64,000 nt of DNA, from assembly GCA_034520965.1 (NCBI GenBank), contig JAXHMY010000001.1, positions 256,001 to 320,000 on the forward strand. The letters are read 5' to 3'. This DNA is from Spirochaetia bacterium. Its GTDB lineage: Bacteria; Spirochaetota; Spirochaetia; DSM-16054; Sediminispirochaetaceae. The translations under genes and the position numbers were made by a program. The number at the start of each line of letters is the position of its first letter. The stretch's first letter is position 1. Of this stretch, positions 1 through 8,594 are shown piece by piece. Under the pieces are notes generated by a model. It worked only from the letters and a program-made list of their open reading frames with translations. It ran no database searches and was not told the DNA's origin.

Positions 1-438
1 GTTGGTAATCCTGATCTCGCGGACAAGCGCTCCAACCCTGGCATTCGGCACGGTTCGGTACACCACATCAACCCGCACTCCGATCTCTTCATTGGTTTCC
101 GACAACGCTATCTGATCGCTATCAACCGTTATACTGCTGCAGGAACCGGCAACCTGTTTGGCAAAGGGCTCATACACAACAGGTGCAGCCCGCGCGGACC
201 CATCTGTGGGTTTAATAAAGGTTCGAAACCCCTGCTCCGAGACTGTCCGGTATGCATTGGCAGCCGAGAAGAACTCTGCAATGCTGCCGTCCTTGCTTTC
301 GCTGCCGAAACTCACAATACCCTGACCACGATTGACATAAAAGGCCCACACCGGAATGCCATGCAGACCGGCTATACCGGGCAGAAAACCGGAAAATGCC
401 GGACGGTTGTAGTAATCGATCTGCTGAAAAACCTGCAT
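1..438 (-). CDS. GH161-like (beta-1,3-glucan / 'cellobiose phosphorylase'-annotated) glycoside phosphorylase, N-terminal part; runs off the window edge
   Basis: Not in the ORF track. Manual translation from ATG at 438 (RBS AGGAG): MQVFQQIDYYNRPAFSGFLPGIAGLHGIPVWAFYVNRGQGIVSFGSESKDGSIAEFFSAANAY...GFRTFIK. The FxxFLPG(I/L)AG..GIPxWxFYVNRGQ.I.SFG motif is typical of the GH161 N-terminus. Lies directly downstream of the sugar ABC permeases. Confidence 0.7.
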   Translation of the reverse strand, partial: MQVFQQIDYYNRPAFSGFLPGIAGLHGIPVWAFYVNRGQGIVSFGSESKDGSIAEFFSAANAYRTVSEQGFRTFIKPTDGSARAAPVVYEPFAKQVAGSCSSITVDSDQIALSETNEEIGVRVDVVYRTVPNARVGALVREIRITN

Positions 439-446
439 AGTAACTC

Positions 447-1367
447 CTATCGCTGCAAACGGTTGGTAACTTTTCGATTGATAAAGGTAAATAAAAGAAT
501 GATCAGGAATAGAACCCAGGCTACTGCCGCACCTCGTCCAAGACGACCGTTGGCGAAACCGAGAAACATAAGGTAGTAGGCGACAGTCAACCCGCCCTGG
601 TCGGGCCCGCCAATAGTTTCGTATCCGCCCATGAGTATAAAAGGTTCATCAAACAGTTGAAAACCGCCAATGATGCTCAATGTTAATGCGAAGAAAATAA
701 TCGGCATCAGCATAGGAATAGTAATCAAACGGTGCATTTGAAATGTTGAAGCTCCGTCTATCTCCGCCGACTCGTACAGCTCATCGGGGATACCCTGCAG
801 ACCGGCCAGATAAATTACCATATTAAACCCGATGAAGCGCCAGTTCAGCATTATTGAGATTGCCGCTTTAATAGGGCCGCCCTGGGTAGTCCAGCGAAAA
901 CCACCCTCGATTTGAAGCACTGTCTCTAATAAATAGTTCAGCACACCGTGGTTATGGTCGAAGACCATGCCAAAAATAATAACGGTCGCTACCGCACTGG
1001 TAATATACGGTGCAAAAACCAGGGTTTTGAAAAGATGCCGTGCCTTTAGCCGCTTGCTGTTTACCCCAATCGCCAGCGGAATCGCAAATACATGCTGCAG
1101 AATAGATCCAAAAATCAACAGCAGCGAGGTATTGATCAGGGATTTTGCAAAAAAAGCGTCGGTGGTGAACAAGCGAGTGTAGTTAGACAGGCCGACAAAT
1201 CCACGATTGCCTACCAATCGCATGTCAAAAAACGACATATAGATCGAATACACGAGCGGGTACATTCCAAAGATGACAAACAGAATAAAAAACGGACTAA
1301 CAAAAATATATGGTGCCAGTTTCTGGTTAAAACCTATGCTTTCCCAAAGTGTGGTTTTTGTTTTCAT
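447..1367 (-). CDS. Carbohydrate ABC transporter permease (MalF-type)
   Basis: EAA loop LYESAEIDGAS, PYIFVSPFFILF and multiple TM helices. Start set at MKTKTT (1367) because the longer ORF overlaps the upstream permease. Confidence 0.9.
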   Translation of the reverse strand: MKTKTTLWESIGFNQKLAPYIFVSPFFILFVIFGMYPLVYSIYMSFFDMRLVGNRGFVGLSNYTRLFTTDAFFAKSLINTSLLLIFGSILQHVFAIPLAIGVNSKRLKARHLFKTLVFAPYITSAVATVIIFGMVFDHNHGVLNYLLETVLQIEGGFRWTTQGGPIKAAISIMLNWRFIGFNMVIYLAGLQGIPDELYESAEIDGASTFQMHRLITIPMLMPIIFFALTLSIIGGFQLFDEPFILMGGYETIGGPDQGGLTVAYYLMFLGFANGRLGRGAAVAWVLFLIILLFTFINRKVTNRLQR

Positions 1368-1372
1368 AATAA

Positions 1373-2227
1373 TTATCCTTTGATGCTGCCGGCAGTTAAA
1401 CCGGAGATAAACTGACGCGACGCGAAAAAGAACACCAGCAAGAGCGGCAATATTGTCAGCGCGGTACCCGCGTACACCATACCGAATTCTCCGTAACTCA
1501 CAGCATTCAGTGTATTCAAGGCTACAGGCAGGGTGGTTCTTCGAATTCCAGGTAATAGAATGAAGGCTCCCAAAAAGTTGTTCCACTGTCCGACAAAGAC
1601 AATGATTGCCAACACACCCATGGCAGGTTTGGCCAGCGGGAATACAACCCGCATCAGAATGTGAAACTCATTTAATCCATCTATGCGGGCTGCATCCAGC
1701 AAGTCGCGGGGTATAGACTCTTCCAGGAATTGTCGCATGAGGAAAATTCCCAGCGCATTAGCCATACCAGGTACAATCAGCGCCCGCCATTTATTTATCC
1801 AGCCGAACGCAGCCATCATCCGGTAAAACGGAATAATGTTGAGAAACGGCGGGAAAGCCATGGTCGCCAAAATAAAAAAGAAAATAAAATTTTTAAATCT
1901 AAAATCATACTTAGCAAGCGCAAACCCACCCATCGTGCAGAAAAAAACAGTCGTGACAACGGTAAGCAGGGCGATCGCTACACTATTGAAATAGTTGAGA
2001 AGATACGGGATCTGATTCTGCTCAAATAATAATTGATGGACATTATCCCACAGTGCTCCTCCAAACCATAAATTGGGAGGAGTGCTGAACATGGTGGCCC
2101 TCGGATGTGAAGCTATCACAAACATATAATAGAAGGGGAAGAAAAACAGAGCCGCAAAGACCAGTAATGTGCCGTACAGGAGAAGATACTTTCCGGTACT
2201 GCTGAGTCGATTAAGATACTTTTTCAA
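1373..2227 (-). CDS. Carbohydrate ABC transporter permease (MalG-type)
   Basis: EAA loop LLDAARIDGL, WNNFL, C-terminal GLTAGSIKG. TTG start with AGGAG RBS. Confidence 0.92.
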   Translation of the reverse strand: MKKYLNRLSSTGKYLLLYGTLLVFAALFFFPFYYMFVIASHPRATMFSTPPNLWFGGALWDNVHQLLFEQNQIPYLLNYFNSVAIALLTVVTTVFFCTMGGFALAKYDFRFKNFIFFFILATMAFPPFLNIIPFYRMMAAFGWINKWRALIVPGMANALGIFLMRQFLEESIPRDLLDAARIDGLNEFHILMRVVFPLAKPAMGVLAIIVFVGQWNNFLGAFILLPGIRRTTLPVALNTLNAVSYGEFGMVYAGTALTILPLLLVFFFASRQFISGLTAGSIKG

Positions 2228-2307
2228 AGCAAACTCCTCTTAAAATAAAAATACCTCTTAAAATAAAGGGTGTGCCGCAGCACGCCGCAACACACCCGCA
2301 ATCTTCA

Positions 2308-3591
2308 TCAGTCGATGGTTGACTGAATCTGGCTCAAGGCCTTATCGTAGGCTTCCTCCGGTGTTAGATCACCTTCCAGAACTTCGCCAACAATAGAACC
2401 CCAGATGCTTACAATGATGTTGTCATACTCACTCACACGATTGCTCGGCATATTGAGTGCGACATCGGCAAAAATTTCACGAACAGGCTCGTTTCCAAAG
2501 TAGGCAACCGGCTCACCCATGATGGGATTATCATAGGTTGAAGTCAGGGCAGGAAACGCATCAATTTCAGCAAATGTTTTAAGCTGAGCTTCCTCGGTGG
2601 TGGTCAAATACTTGATAATTTCCCATGCTGCAGCACGGTTTTCTTCGGGTACAGTTGCTGGAATACTCAGATAAGTCCCACCGAGGGATGAAAGCGCTCC
2701 GCCCGGCAGATAGGTTACACGCCAGTCTTCAACTTCAGGCGCGACCCAGTTGCGCAGGGCACCACCCCACCAGGCACCGTTCGGCATGGTTACGACCGTA
2801 CCGTTGGAGAAGCTGTCAATCCAGGGACCGCTCCATGCCCCCAGGTCGGCATCAATTCCTGCCGCACGCACATCAGCAACCAGCTGCAGTGCTTCCATGA
2901 ACTTTGATTTAGGCTCCAGCAGATCACCATCTTCAGAAATCCAACCGCCCTTACCGCCAGCAAGAGGTATGTTGGCAACATCAGCCGCATTCGGTACCGC
3001 GTAACGACCATCTCCAGTTACTTTTCGACCTTCCTCAATGTACGCGTCCCAGCTGTCCAGGTTTTTGAAGTCGGCGCCAGCTTCTTCGGCAAGATCTGCT
3101 CGATAGAACAATACGGCCGGAGCAATATCCACCGGAATAGCAACCTGTTCACCGGCACGTGTCTGCCCCTGCGCGACTGCAAAATCTACTACATCACCAA
3201 TTACATCGGCGGCATTATAGGGAGCCTCATTCAGGTTAACCAAGGAATCGCCCTGCTCTACAAAGTTGGCAATAAACTGAACTTCCAGAGCTTCAATATC
3301 ATTGGTTTGTTCACGAGCAGCAAGCTGGGTCGTGAGCCGGTCATGATGACCGCCGAAATCCGCTGACTGAAAGGTGACATTGATGTTTGGATACTGTGAT
3401 TTGAAATCCTCTGAGGCAAACACCTCAGCATAGGCAGCTTCAAGATCACCAAAAGCCCCCAAACTCACATTGTAGGTTTTATCGGGATCAAATGCCGCTG
3501 TGTCACTAGCCTCCTTTTGACCTCCAGCGAACACTGCTGGAGCTATCAGTCCAGCTACTACTAATACCATAAGAATTTTTTTTCTTACCAT
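2308..3591 (-). CDS. Carbohydrate ABC transporter substrate-binding protein
   Basis: Signal peptide ending AVFAGGQKE; SBP_bac_1-like motifs (AIPVDIAPAVLFYRADL, GGTYLSIP, AAWEIIKYL). First gene of the ABC operon. Confidence 0.92.
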   Translation of the reverse strand: MVRKKILMVLVVAGLIAPAVFAGGQKEASDTAAFDPDKTYNVSLGAFGDLEAAYAEVFASEDFKSQYPNINVTFQSADFGGHHDRLTTQLAAREQTNDIEALEVQFIANFVEQGDSLVNLNEAPYNAADVIGDVVDFAVAQGQTRAGEQVAIPVDIAPAVLFYRADLAEEAGADFKNLDSWDAYIEEGRKVTGDGRYAVPNAADVANIPLAGGKGGWISEDGDLLEPKSKFMEALQLVADVRAAGIDADLGAWSGPWIDSFSNGTVVTMPNGAWWGGALRNWVAPEVEDWRVTYLPGGALSSLGGTYLSIPATVPEENRAAAWEIIKYLTTTEEAQLKTFAEIDAFPALTSTYDNPIMGEPVAYFGNEPVREIFADVALNMPSNRVSEYDNIIVSIWGSIVGEVLEGDLTPEEAYDKALSQIQSTID

Positions 3592-3695
3592 TGTTTCTCT
3601 CCTTTCCTTGTAATTCTTTTAATCTCTTTGAATATTGATATACATCAACCATCTCTCTTTGTGTACACCTCGTGTACTATTTATATACCTCCTTG

Positions 3696-3720
3696 TTAGT
3701 TGGTTTCTAAGACCAACTAA
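3696..3720. promoter_or_regulatory. Putative ROK-family (XylR/NagC-type) operator upstream of the sugar ABC operon
   Basis: Perfect 9-bp inverted repeat TTAGTTGGT-N7-ACCAACTAA, about 105 bp upstream of the SBP start. Same 25-bp geometry as the Bacillus XylR operator (TTAGTTTGT-N7-ACAAACTAA). Confidence 0.65.
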
Positions 3721-3786
3721 TTATGGGTGGTGTCGCCTGAGTTGTCAATCTTTTTTTTTAACTTTTTTTTGAGGACTTACACCTAC

Positions 3787-3828
3787 AAAAAGGGCCTGTA
3801 AGCGTATTGCCCACAGGCCCTTTTTTTT
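3787..3828 (-). terminator. Intrinsic terminator (potentially bidirectional) downstream of the DUF4168 gene
   Basis: AAAAAGGGCCTGT...ACAGGCCCTTTTTTTT hairpin flanked by A and T tracts. Confidence 0.8.
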
Positions 3829-3843
3829 AATATAGTCTAAATT

Positions 3844-4356
3844 TTACATAAGTTGCTGTATTCGCTGTCCCAATTCCGGATTTGAGCGCATCGCCTTCAC
3901 AATTTCATTGAACTTTTGTACGGTCATGTTATTGTCACGCACAGTTTCAACCATTTCTTCCTGACTGGACTGTTGTATGCTTTGAATTTTCTGAGCAAGG
4001 GAGTTGAACTCTTCAGTTTCCGCATCAGTTTCGTTATCGGCTTTTTGCTTGCCCTGGTTCTGTCGGGCGGAATAGAGGGTATTAAAGCGTTCTTTGCTCA
4101 TTGAAGAATCAGAGAAAGCACTCTCCATCTTTTGGTTTGATTCAGTTTGTACTTCTTGAATTTCTTCCATTGCCCCTGCAAATTTTTCCAGCTCTTGGTC
4201 TTCAAAGCTAGGCGTGTCTGTGGACTGACTCTGCGGCAATTGGCTTCCGCTTTGGCCGGTACTGCCGGACTGAGCGGCGACCGGTAAAATTACTAAAGTA
4301 AGCAGAGCTGCAATAGAAATAAAAGCAGAGCCTTTCCTGATAAAGTTAAATAGCAT
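3844..4356 (-). CDS. Secreted DUF4168-like protein
   Basis: Signal peptide, Gln/Ser-rich linker, and repeated 'ELEKFA..M..I..VQ' / 'MTVQKFNEI...M.SNPEL..RIQ' pattern typical of DUF4168. Confidence 0.65.
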   Translation of the reverse strand: MLFNFIRKGSAFISIAALLTLVILPVAAQSGSTGQSGSQLPQSQSTDTPSFEDQELEKFAGAMEEIQEVQTESNQKMESAFSDSSMSKERFNTLYSARQNQGKQKADNETDAETEEFNSLAQKIQSIQQSSQEEMVETVRDNNMTVQKFNEIVKAMRSNPELGQRIQQLM

Positions 4357-4582
4357 GTATATATTGCCTCCTGACTAAATATTGTCCCCACAAAGTAATA
4401 GTCACACCGAGCCGGCGTCAAGCTTACAGGAGTAGGAATTTTATACTGTGTTTTTGTGAGGGTTTTTTTGTTCTGCCGGGCGCAGCCTACTGGAGGCAGT
4501 ACAAAAAAAGCGCCCAAACCTCAGTTTGAACGCTTTTACAGCCTTTCCAGGCTCGAATCCCATATTTACTGTGTACAGGTGC

Positions 4583-5779
4583 TTAGAGAATTCTGTTATT
4601 TCCGGACTGCAGCAATTGCAACAGCTTATCGGAGGGGTTCTTAAACTTGCTCATAAATATCATGGCTGCAATAATATAGGGCTTGTAACTGGCTTCTTTG
4701 TACAGAGGTACACGATAGCGGTCAAAGACACTGGCCTCTACTTCCCCTCGCTCACAGCTCACACCGGTGATATCAGCCGGCAGACAGTGCATATAGAGGG
4801 CTTTTCCGTCGCGGGTCTTTTTCATTAAGTCCTCGGTACATTCCCAATCCATGTATTTCTTGTTATTTTCAAGCCCGCGCTGTTCGAGGGCTTTCAGTCC
4901 CGCATCATCACCCTGCTCAACCAGCTTGGTCCGTTCTTCCATTACGGAGAAGGGTGCCCAACTCTTGGGATACACAATATCGGCATCCTGAAAGGCCTCT
5001 TCCATACTGTTTACCCGGTTAAAAGAACCGCCGCTGTGTTCGGAATTAGTAGCCGCAATCTGCTCAACCTCAGGCATAATATTGTAGCCTTCCGGATGGG
5101 CCAGACTTACATCCATGCCAAAGCGGGACATCAGGCCGACAATTCCCTGGGGTACCGACAGGGGCTTCCCGTAAGAGGGGCTATAGGCCCAGGTCATGGC
5201 AATCTTTTTGCCCTTCAGGTTCTCGACGCCTCCGAAGTGATTGATAATGTGGGCCATATCCGCCATGGACTGGGTCGGGTGGTCGATATCGCACTGCAGA
5301 TTCACCAGGCTTGGGCGCTGTTCGAGCACTCCGTCCAGGTACCCCTGGTATACCGACTGCGAGACTTCCTGCATGTAAGTGTGCCCTTTGCCGATGTACA
5401 TATCATCGCGGATACCAATTACATCGGCCATAAAAGAGATCATATTGGCAGTCTCGCGCACAGTTTCACCGTGGGCAATCTGGCTTTTCCCTTCATCCAA
5501 ATCCTGGATTTCCAATCCCAGCATATTTGCAGCGCTGGCATAACTAAAACGCGTACGGGTTGAATTATCCCTAAAAAGGGAAATTGCCAAGCCGCTGTCA
5601 AATACGTTGGTTGAAATATTGTTCTGCCGCAGGGCACGTAAAATCTCGGCTACCTTATACGTAGCCTGAATTTCATCGTCGCTTTTGTCCCATGTAAGAA
5701 AAAAGTCATTCAGGTACATGTCTTCAGCACGCAGGCGCCCCAGCGAGCGAATCATCTCTTCAATTCCAATTCTGTCCAT
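4583..5779 (-). CDS. ygeW: Knotted carbamoyltransferase YgeW
   Basis: FRDNSTRTRFS, HGETVRETANMISF, NLQCDIDHPTQ, WAYSPSYGKPLSVPQG, YMHCLPADITGVSC. Start at MDRIG after a GGAGG RBS. Confidence 0.95.
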   Translation of the reverse strand: MDRIGIEEMIRSLGRLRAEDMYLNDFFLTWDKSDDEIQATYKVAEILRALRQNNISTNVFDSGLAISLFRDNSTRTRFSYASAANMLGLEIQDLDEGKSQIAHGETVRETANMISFMADVIGIRDDMYIGKGHTYMQEVSQSVYQGYLDGVLEQRPSLVNLQCDIDHPTQSMADMAHIINHFGGVENLKGKKIAMTWAYSPSYGKPLSVPQGIVGLMSRFGMDVSLAHPEGYNIMPEVEQIAATNSEHSGGSFNRVNSMEEAFQDADIVYPKSWAPFSVMEERTKLVEQGDDAGLKALEQRGLENNKKYMDWECTEDLMKKTRDGKALYMHCLPADITGVSCERGEVEASVFDRYRVPLYKEASYKPYIIAAMIFMSKFKNPSDKLLQLLQSGNNRIL

Positions 5780-5892
5780 TCTGTATCCTCCAGATCCTAA
5801 TGTGTTCAAAATAAAATATTTTTACGGGTCGAGCCTGAAATGGCACGGCCTATAAGGTGCGCATTGTTCGAGAACCCTTTTAGTCCTCCAGC

Positions 5893-7257
5893 TTAATCTT
5901 CCAGCATACGAGCGGCGATTTGATTCGCTTTTTTCGTAAGCTCTTCCTCCGGAAAGCCGACCAAACGGCCATGTTCCACTGCCACTTTTCCATTCACAAT
6001 GGTGTAATCGGTGCCATGGTTATAGCCGGAAAACAGCAATGCCGCCAAGGGGTCGGAAAGGGAGCCGGCATACTCCAGTTTATGTACATCAAAAATAGCC
6101 ATATCCGCCGCCCAGCCCTCTTTCAGTTGGCCGATTTTCGGGAAACCGAGCAGCTTGGCACCGTTCTCATTGGCAAGGCGGAAAACATCGCGGGCTGTTA
6201 CTGCCTCGGCCCCATACTTTACCCGCTGCAGGAGCAGGGCGTTTCGCATCTCTCCGAGCATATCCGAGGCATCGTTCGAAGCCGATCCGTCTACCGCCAA
6301 GCCGACATTTATGTTCTTCGGCAGCATTTCGGTTACCCGGCAAATTCCCGAACCAAGCCGCATATTACTGGAAGGACAGTGGGCTATATGTGTTCCGGTT
6401 TCAGCCAGGATATCAAGTTCTTCATCATTAAAGTGAATACCGTGGGCATAAAACACATCATCCCCGATAAACCCGGTATCCTGCATGAGTTTCAACGGCC
6501 GGCGCCCATACACCTCCACACAGAAATCGTTCTCATCATAGGTTTCCGCCACATGGGTGTGGAGTCTCACTCCGTATTTCCGGGCGAGTTCTGCCGACTG
6601 CTTCATGAGCTTCTCGGTTACACTGAAGGGGCTGCAGGGAGCCAGCACAATTTTGCGCATCGAAAACTCACTATCATCGTGATACTGCTGAATCACCCGT
6701 TCACTGTCCTTCAAAATTTCCTCTTCGGTCTGTACCACCGAGTCGGGCGGCAGGCCGCCGTCCTTTTTTCCCAGCGACATTGATCCGCGGGTTGGAGAAA
6801 ATCGCATCCCCAGGGTATCTGCAGCCTTAAACTGCAGGCCCATTAAGTCACCGGAGAAATTGTCCGGATAAAGATAGTGATGGTCGGTACTGGTGGTGCA
6901 GCCGGTTTTCAGCAGCTCGCCCATTGCCAGCAATGAAGAGTAATACACTCCATCCTCATCGATTTTTTTCCACACATCGTACAAATACACCAGCCAGTCG
7001 AAGAGTTTCGCATTTTGTACCGCCGGTATATTTCTGGTAAGGGTTTGGTAAAAATGGTGATGGGTGTTTATAAAGCCGGGTACCACCACATGCTGTGAAC
7101 AATCTATCACCCGGTCATCATCGCCGGGGCTAAAATCTATGTTTTTAGCTATTTTCTGAATACGATTTTCTTGTATAAGTACATCCACCCCCCGTACTGC
7201 CTCAGCATCAGCGGAGCTGTGCAGATAGTAGATATCTTTTAATAATATACGTGCCAT
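5893..7257 (-). CDS. Metal-dependent amidohydrolase, 8-oxoguanine deaminase-like
   Basis: PGFINTHHHFYQTLTR, SDHHY, RGSMSLG..DGGLPPD, APCSPFSV, HTHVAET, HCPSSNMRLGSG and VDGSASND, the signature set of the 8-oxoguanine deaminase / hydroxyatrazine ethylaminohydrolase group. Confidence 0.8.
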   Translation of the reverse strand: MARILLKDIYYLHSSADAEAVRGVDVLIQENRIQKIAKNIDFSPGDDDRVIDCSQHVVVPGFINTHHHFYQTLTRNIPAVQNAKLFDWLVYLYDVWKKIDEDGVYYSSLLAMGELLKTGCTTSTDHHYLYPDNFSGDLMGLQFKAADTLGMRFSPTRGSMSLGKKDGGLPPDSVVQTEEEILKDSERVIQQYHDDSEFSMRKIVLAPCSPFSVTEKLMKQSAELARKYGVRLHTHVAETYDENDFCVEVYGRRPLKLMQDTGFIGDDVFYAHGIHFNDEELDILAETGTHIAHCPSSNMRLGSGICRVTEMLPKNINVGLAVDGSASNDASDMLGEMRNALLLQRVKYGAEAVTARDVFRLANENGAKLLGFPKIGQLKEGWAADMAIFDVHKLEYAGSLSDPLAALLFSGYNHGTDYTIVNGKVAVEHGRLVGFPEEELTKKANQIAARMLED

Positions 7258-7266
7258 ACTGTCTCC

Positions 7267-8127
7267 TTAAGCTCCCTTCTGCTGCAGAACCACTCCCAGT
7301 AAAAAGTGGCGCACCAGGTTCATAGCTACCCGCTTACGATATACGGCGGTTGATCGCTGGTCATCAATCGGCTGTACAAGAGCGTCATAGTCACGCAGAA
7401 TATCCTCTGCTTCCAGAGCAACATCCTTAAGACTGCGGCCTTCCATTTTTTTCTCCAGCTCCAGAGAACGTACCACTGTTGGTGCAACTGCTCCAACTGC
7501 AATTCGAATTTCATCGATTCGGCCATCGCTAATACGGGCCACTGCAGATAGGGTAAGTTTCGACAGAGCGTTTGCTCGGCGGGTGCCCACCTTTTTAAAC
7601 AGATGAATCGTAGAGCGATCCTCCGGAATTATGATCTCGGTTAAAATCTCATCTGCATGAAGGTCTGTTTTACCCGGACCAGTGATAAACTGATAGAGCG
7701 GCTCAATGCGCTCACCCCCTGGACTCTGCAATTTCACTCCCGCATCAAGTGCATAGAGGGCACAAATAGAATCACCCGCCGGGGAAGCATTACAAATGTT
7801 TCCGGCAATGGTTGCAGTATTCCGCAAACCCGGGGCGGCAATAGTCAGAAGCGACTCTTTTAAGATTTCCGGTACCTCATCGTGGTCCAGCAGCTCCGTC
7901 ATTGTTACGGCTGCCCCTATCGAAAGCCCATGTTCGATCCTGCGAATTTTACGCAGGTCATCCAAATGGCCTAGGAACATGATCGGCCGCGGATAATCGG
8001 GAATCGCCCCCGATTCATAGCGATAGCGCACCATTAGATCGGTTCCTCCGGCGAAGGGCATAGCCCCTTTCTCTGCTCGCAGGTCAAAAGCCTCTTTTAG
8101 TGAAAGCGGTCGATACGAGTCTACCAT
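7267..8127 (-). CDS. Xanthine dehydrogenase-family FAD-binding subunit
   Basis: AGGTDLMV, RNTATIAGNICNASPAGDS, PIDDQRSTAVYRK. Start at MVDSYRP, overlapping the stop of the 2Fe-2S gene. Confidence 0.9.
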   Translation of the reverse strand: MVDSYRPLSLKEAFDLRAEKGAMPFAGGTDLMVRYRYESGAIPDYPRPIMFLGHLDDLRKIRRIEHGLSIGAAVTMTELLDHDEVPEILKESLLTIAAPGLRNTATIAGNICNASPAGDSICALYALDAGVKLQSPGGERIEPLYQFITGPGKTDLHADEILTEIIIPEDRSTIHLFKKVGTRRANALSKLTLSAVARISDGRIDEIRIAVGAVAPTVVRSLELEKKMEGRSLKDVALEAEDILRDYDALVQPIDDQRSTAVYRKRVAMNLVRHFLLGVVLQQKGA

Positions 8128-8594
8128 AGCCCCTTCCCCCTTTCGGCAGCTTTCAGCACACCGTCTATAATCATGTCGTAACCGGTACAACGGCAGAGAT
8201 TTCCCGACAATGCTTCGCGAGCCTCCCCTTCAGTGGGTGAGGGGTTTTTCCGCAGCAGAGCCTCGGTGGCCATCATCATTCCGGGAGTACAAAAGCCGCA
8301 CTGCACCGCACCGGATTCGCCATAAGCATCAATAATGGCCTTACCCTGCACGGTTTCACGGAGACCCTCGGGGGTAATAATTTCAGACCCCTCACATGTT
8401 CCAATCGGAATCATACAGGAGTTTACCAGCACCCCGTCCTTTAATACTGAACAGGCGCCGCACTCTCCCTCTCCACAGCCTTCCTTCACCCCGGTCAGTT
8501 TTAAATCTTCCCGCAGGATATCTAAAAGTCGCCGTAAGGGGTCGGTATCTATAGCATGGCTCGTGCCGTTTATTGAAAAATTAATTGTTGCCAT
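8121..8594 (-). CDS. Xanthine dehydrogenase-family (2Fe-2S) subunit
   Basis: GVKEGCGEGECGACSV...NSC and QCGFCTPG...GNLCRCTGY. Confidence 0.93.
   Translation of the reverse strand: MATINFSINGTSHAIDTDPLRRLLDILREDLKLTGVKEGCGEGECGACSVLKDGVLVNSCMIPIGTCEGSEIITPEGLRETVQGKAIIDAYGESGAVQCGFCTPGMMMATEALLRKNPSPTEGEAREALSGNLCRCTGYDMIIDGVLKAAERGKGLW

Noticed and set aside
2236..2267. 14-bp direct repeat CCTCTTAAAATAAA x2
   Set aside because: Only two copies, consistent with local slippage duplication near the RBS; not an array.
5840..5860. TGGCAC as a possible sigma54 -24 box in the purine cluster
   Set aside because: No TTGC at the -12 spacing, and it points opposite to the flanking genes.
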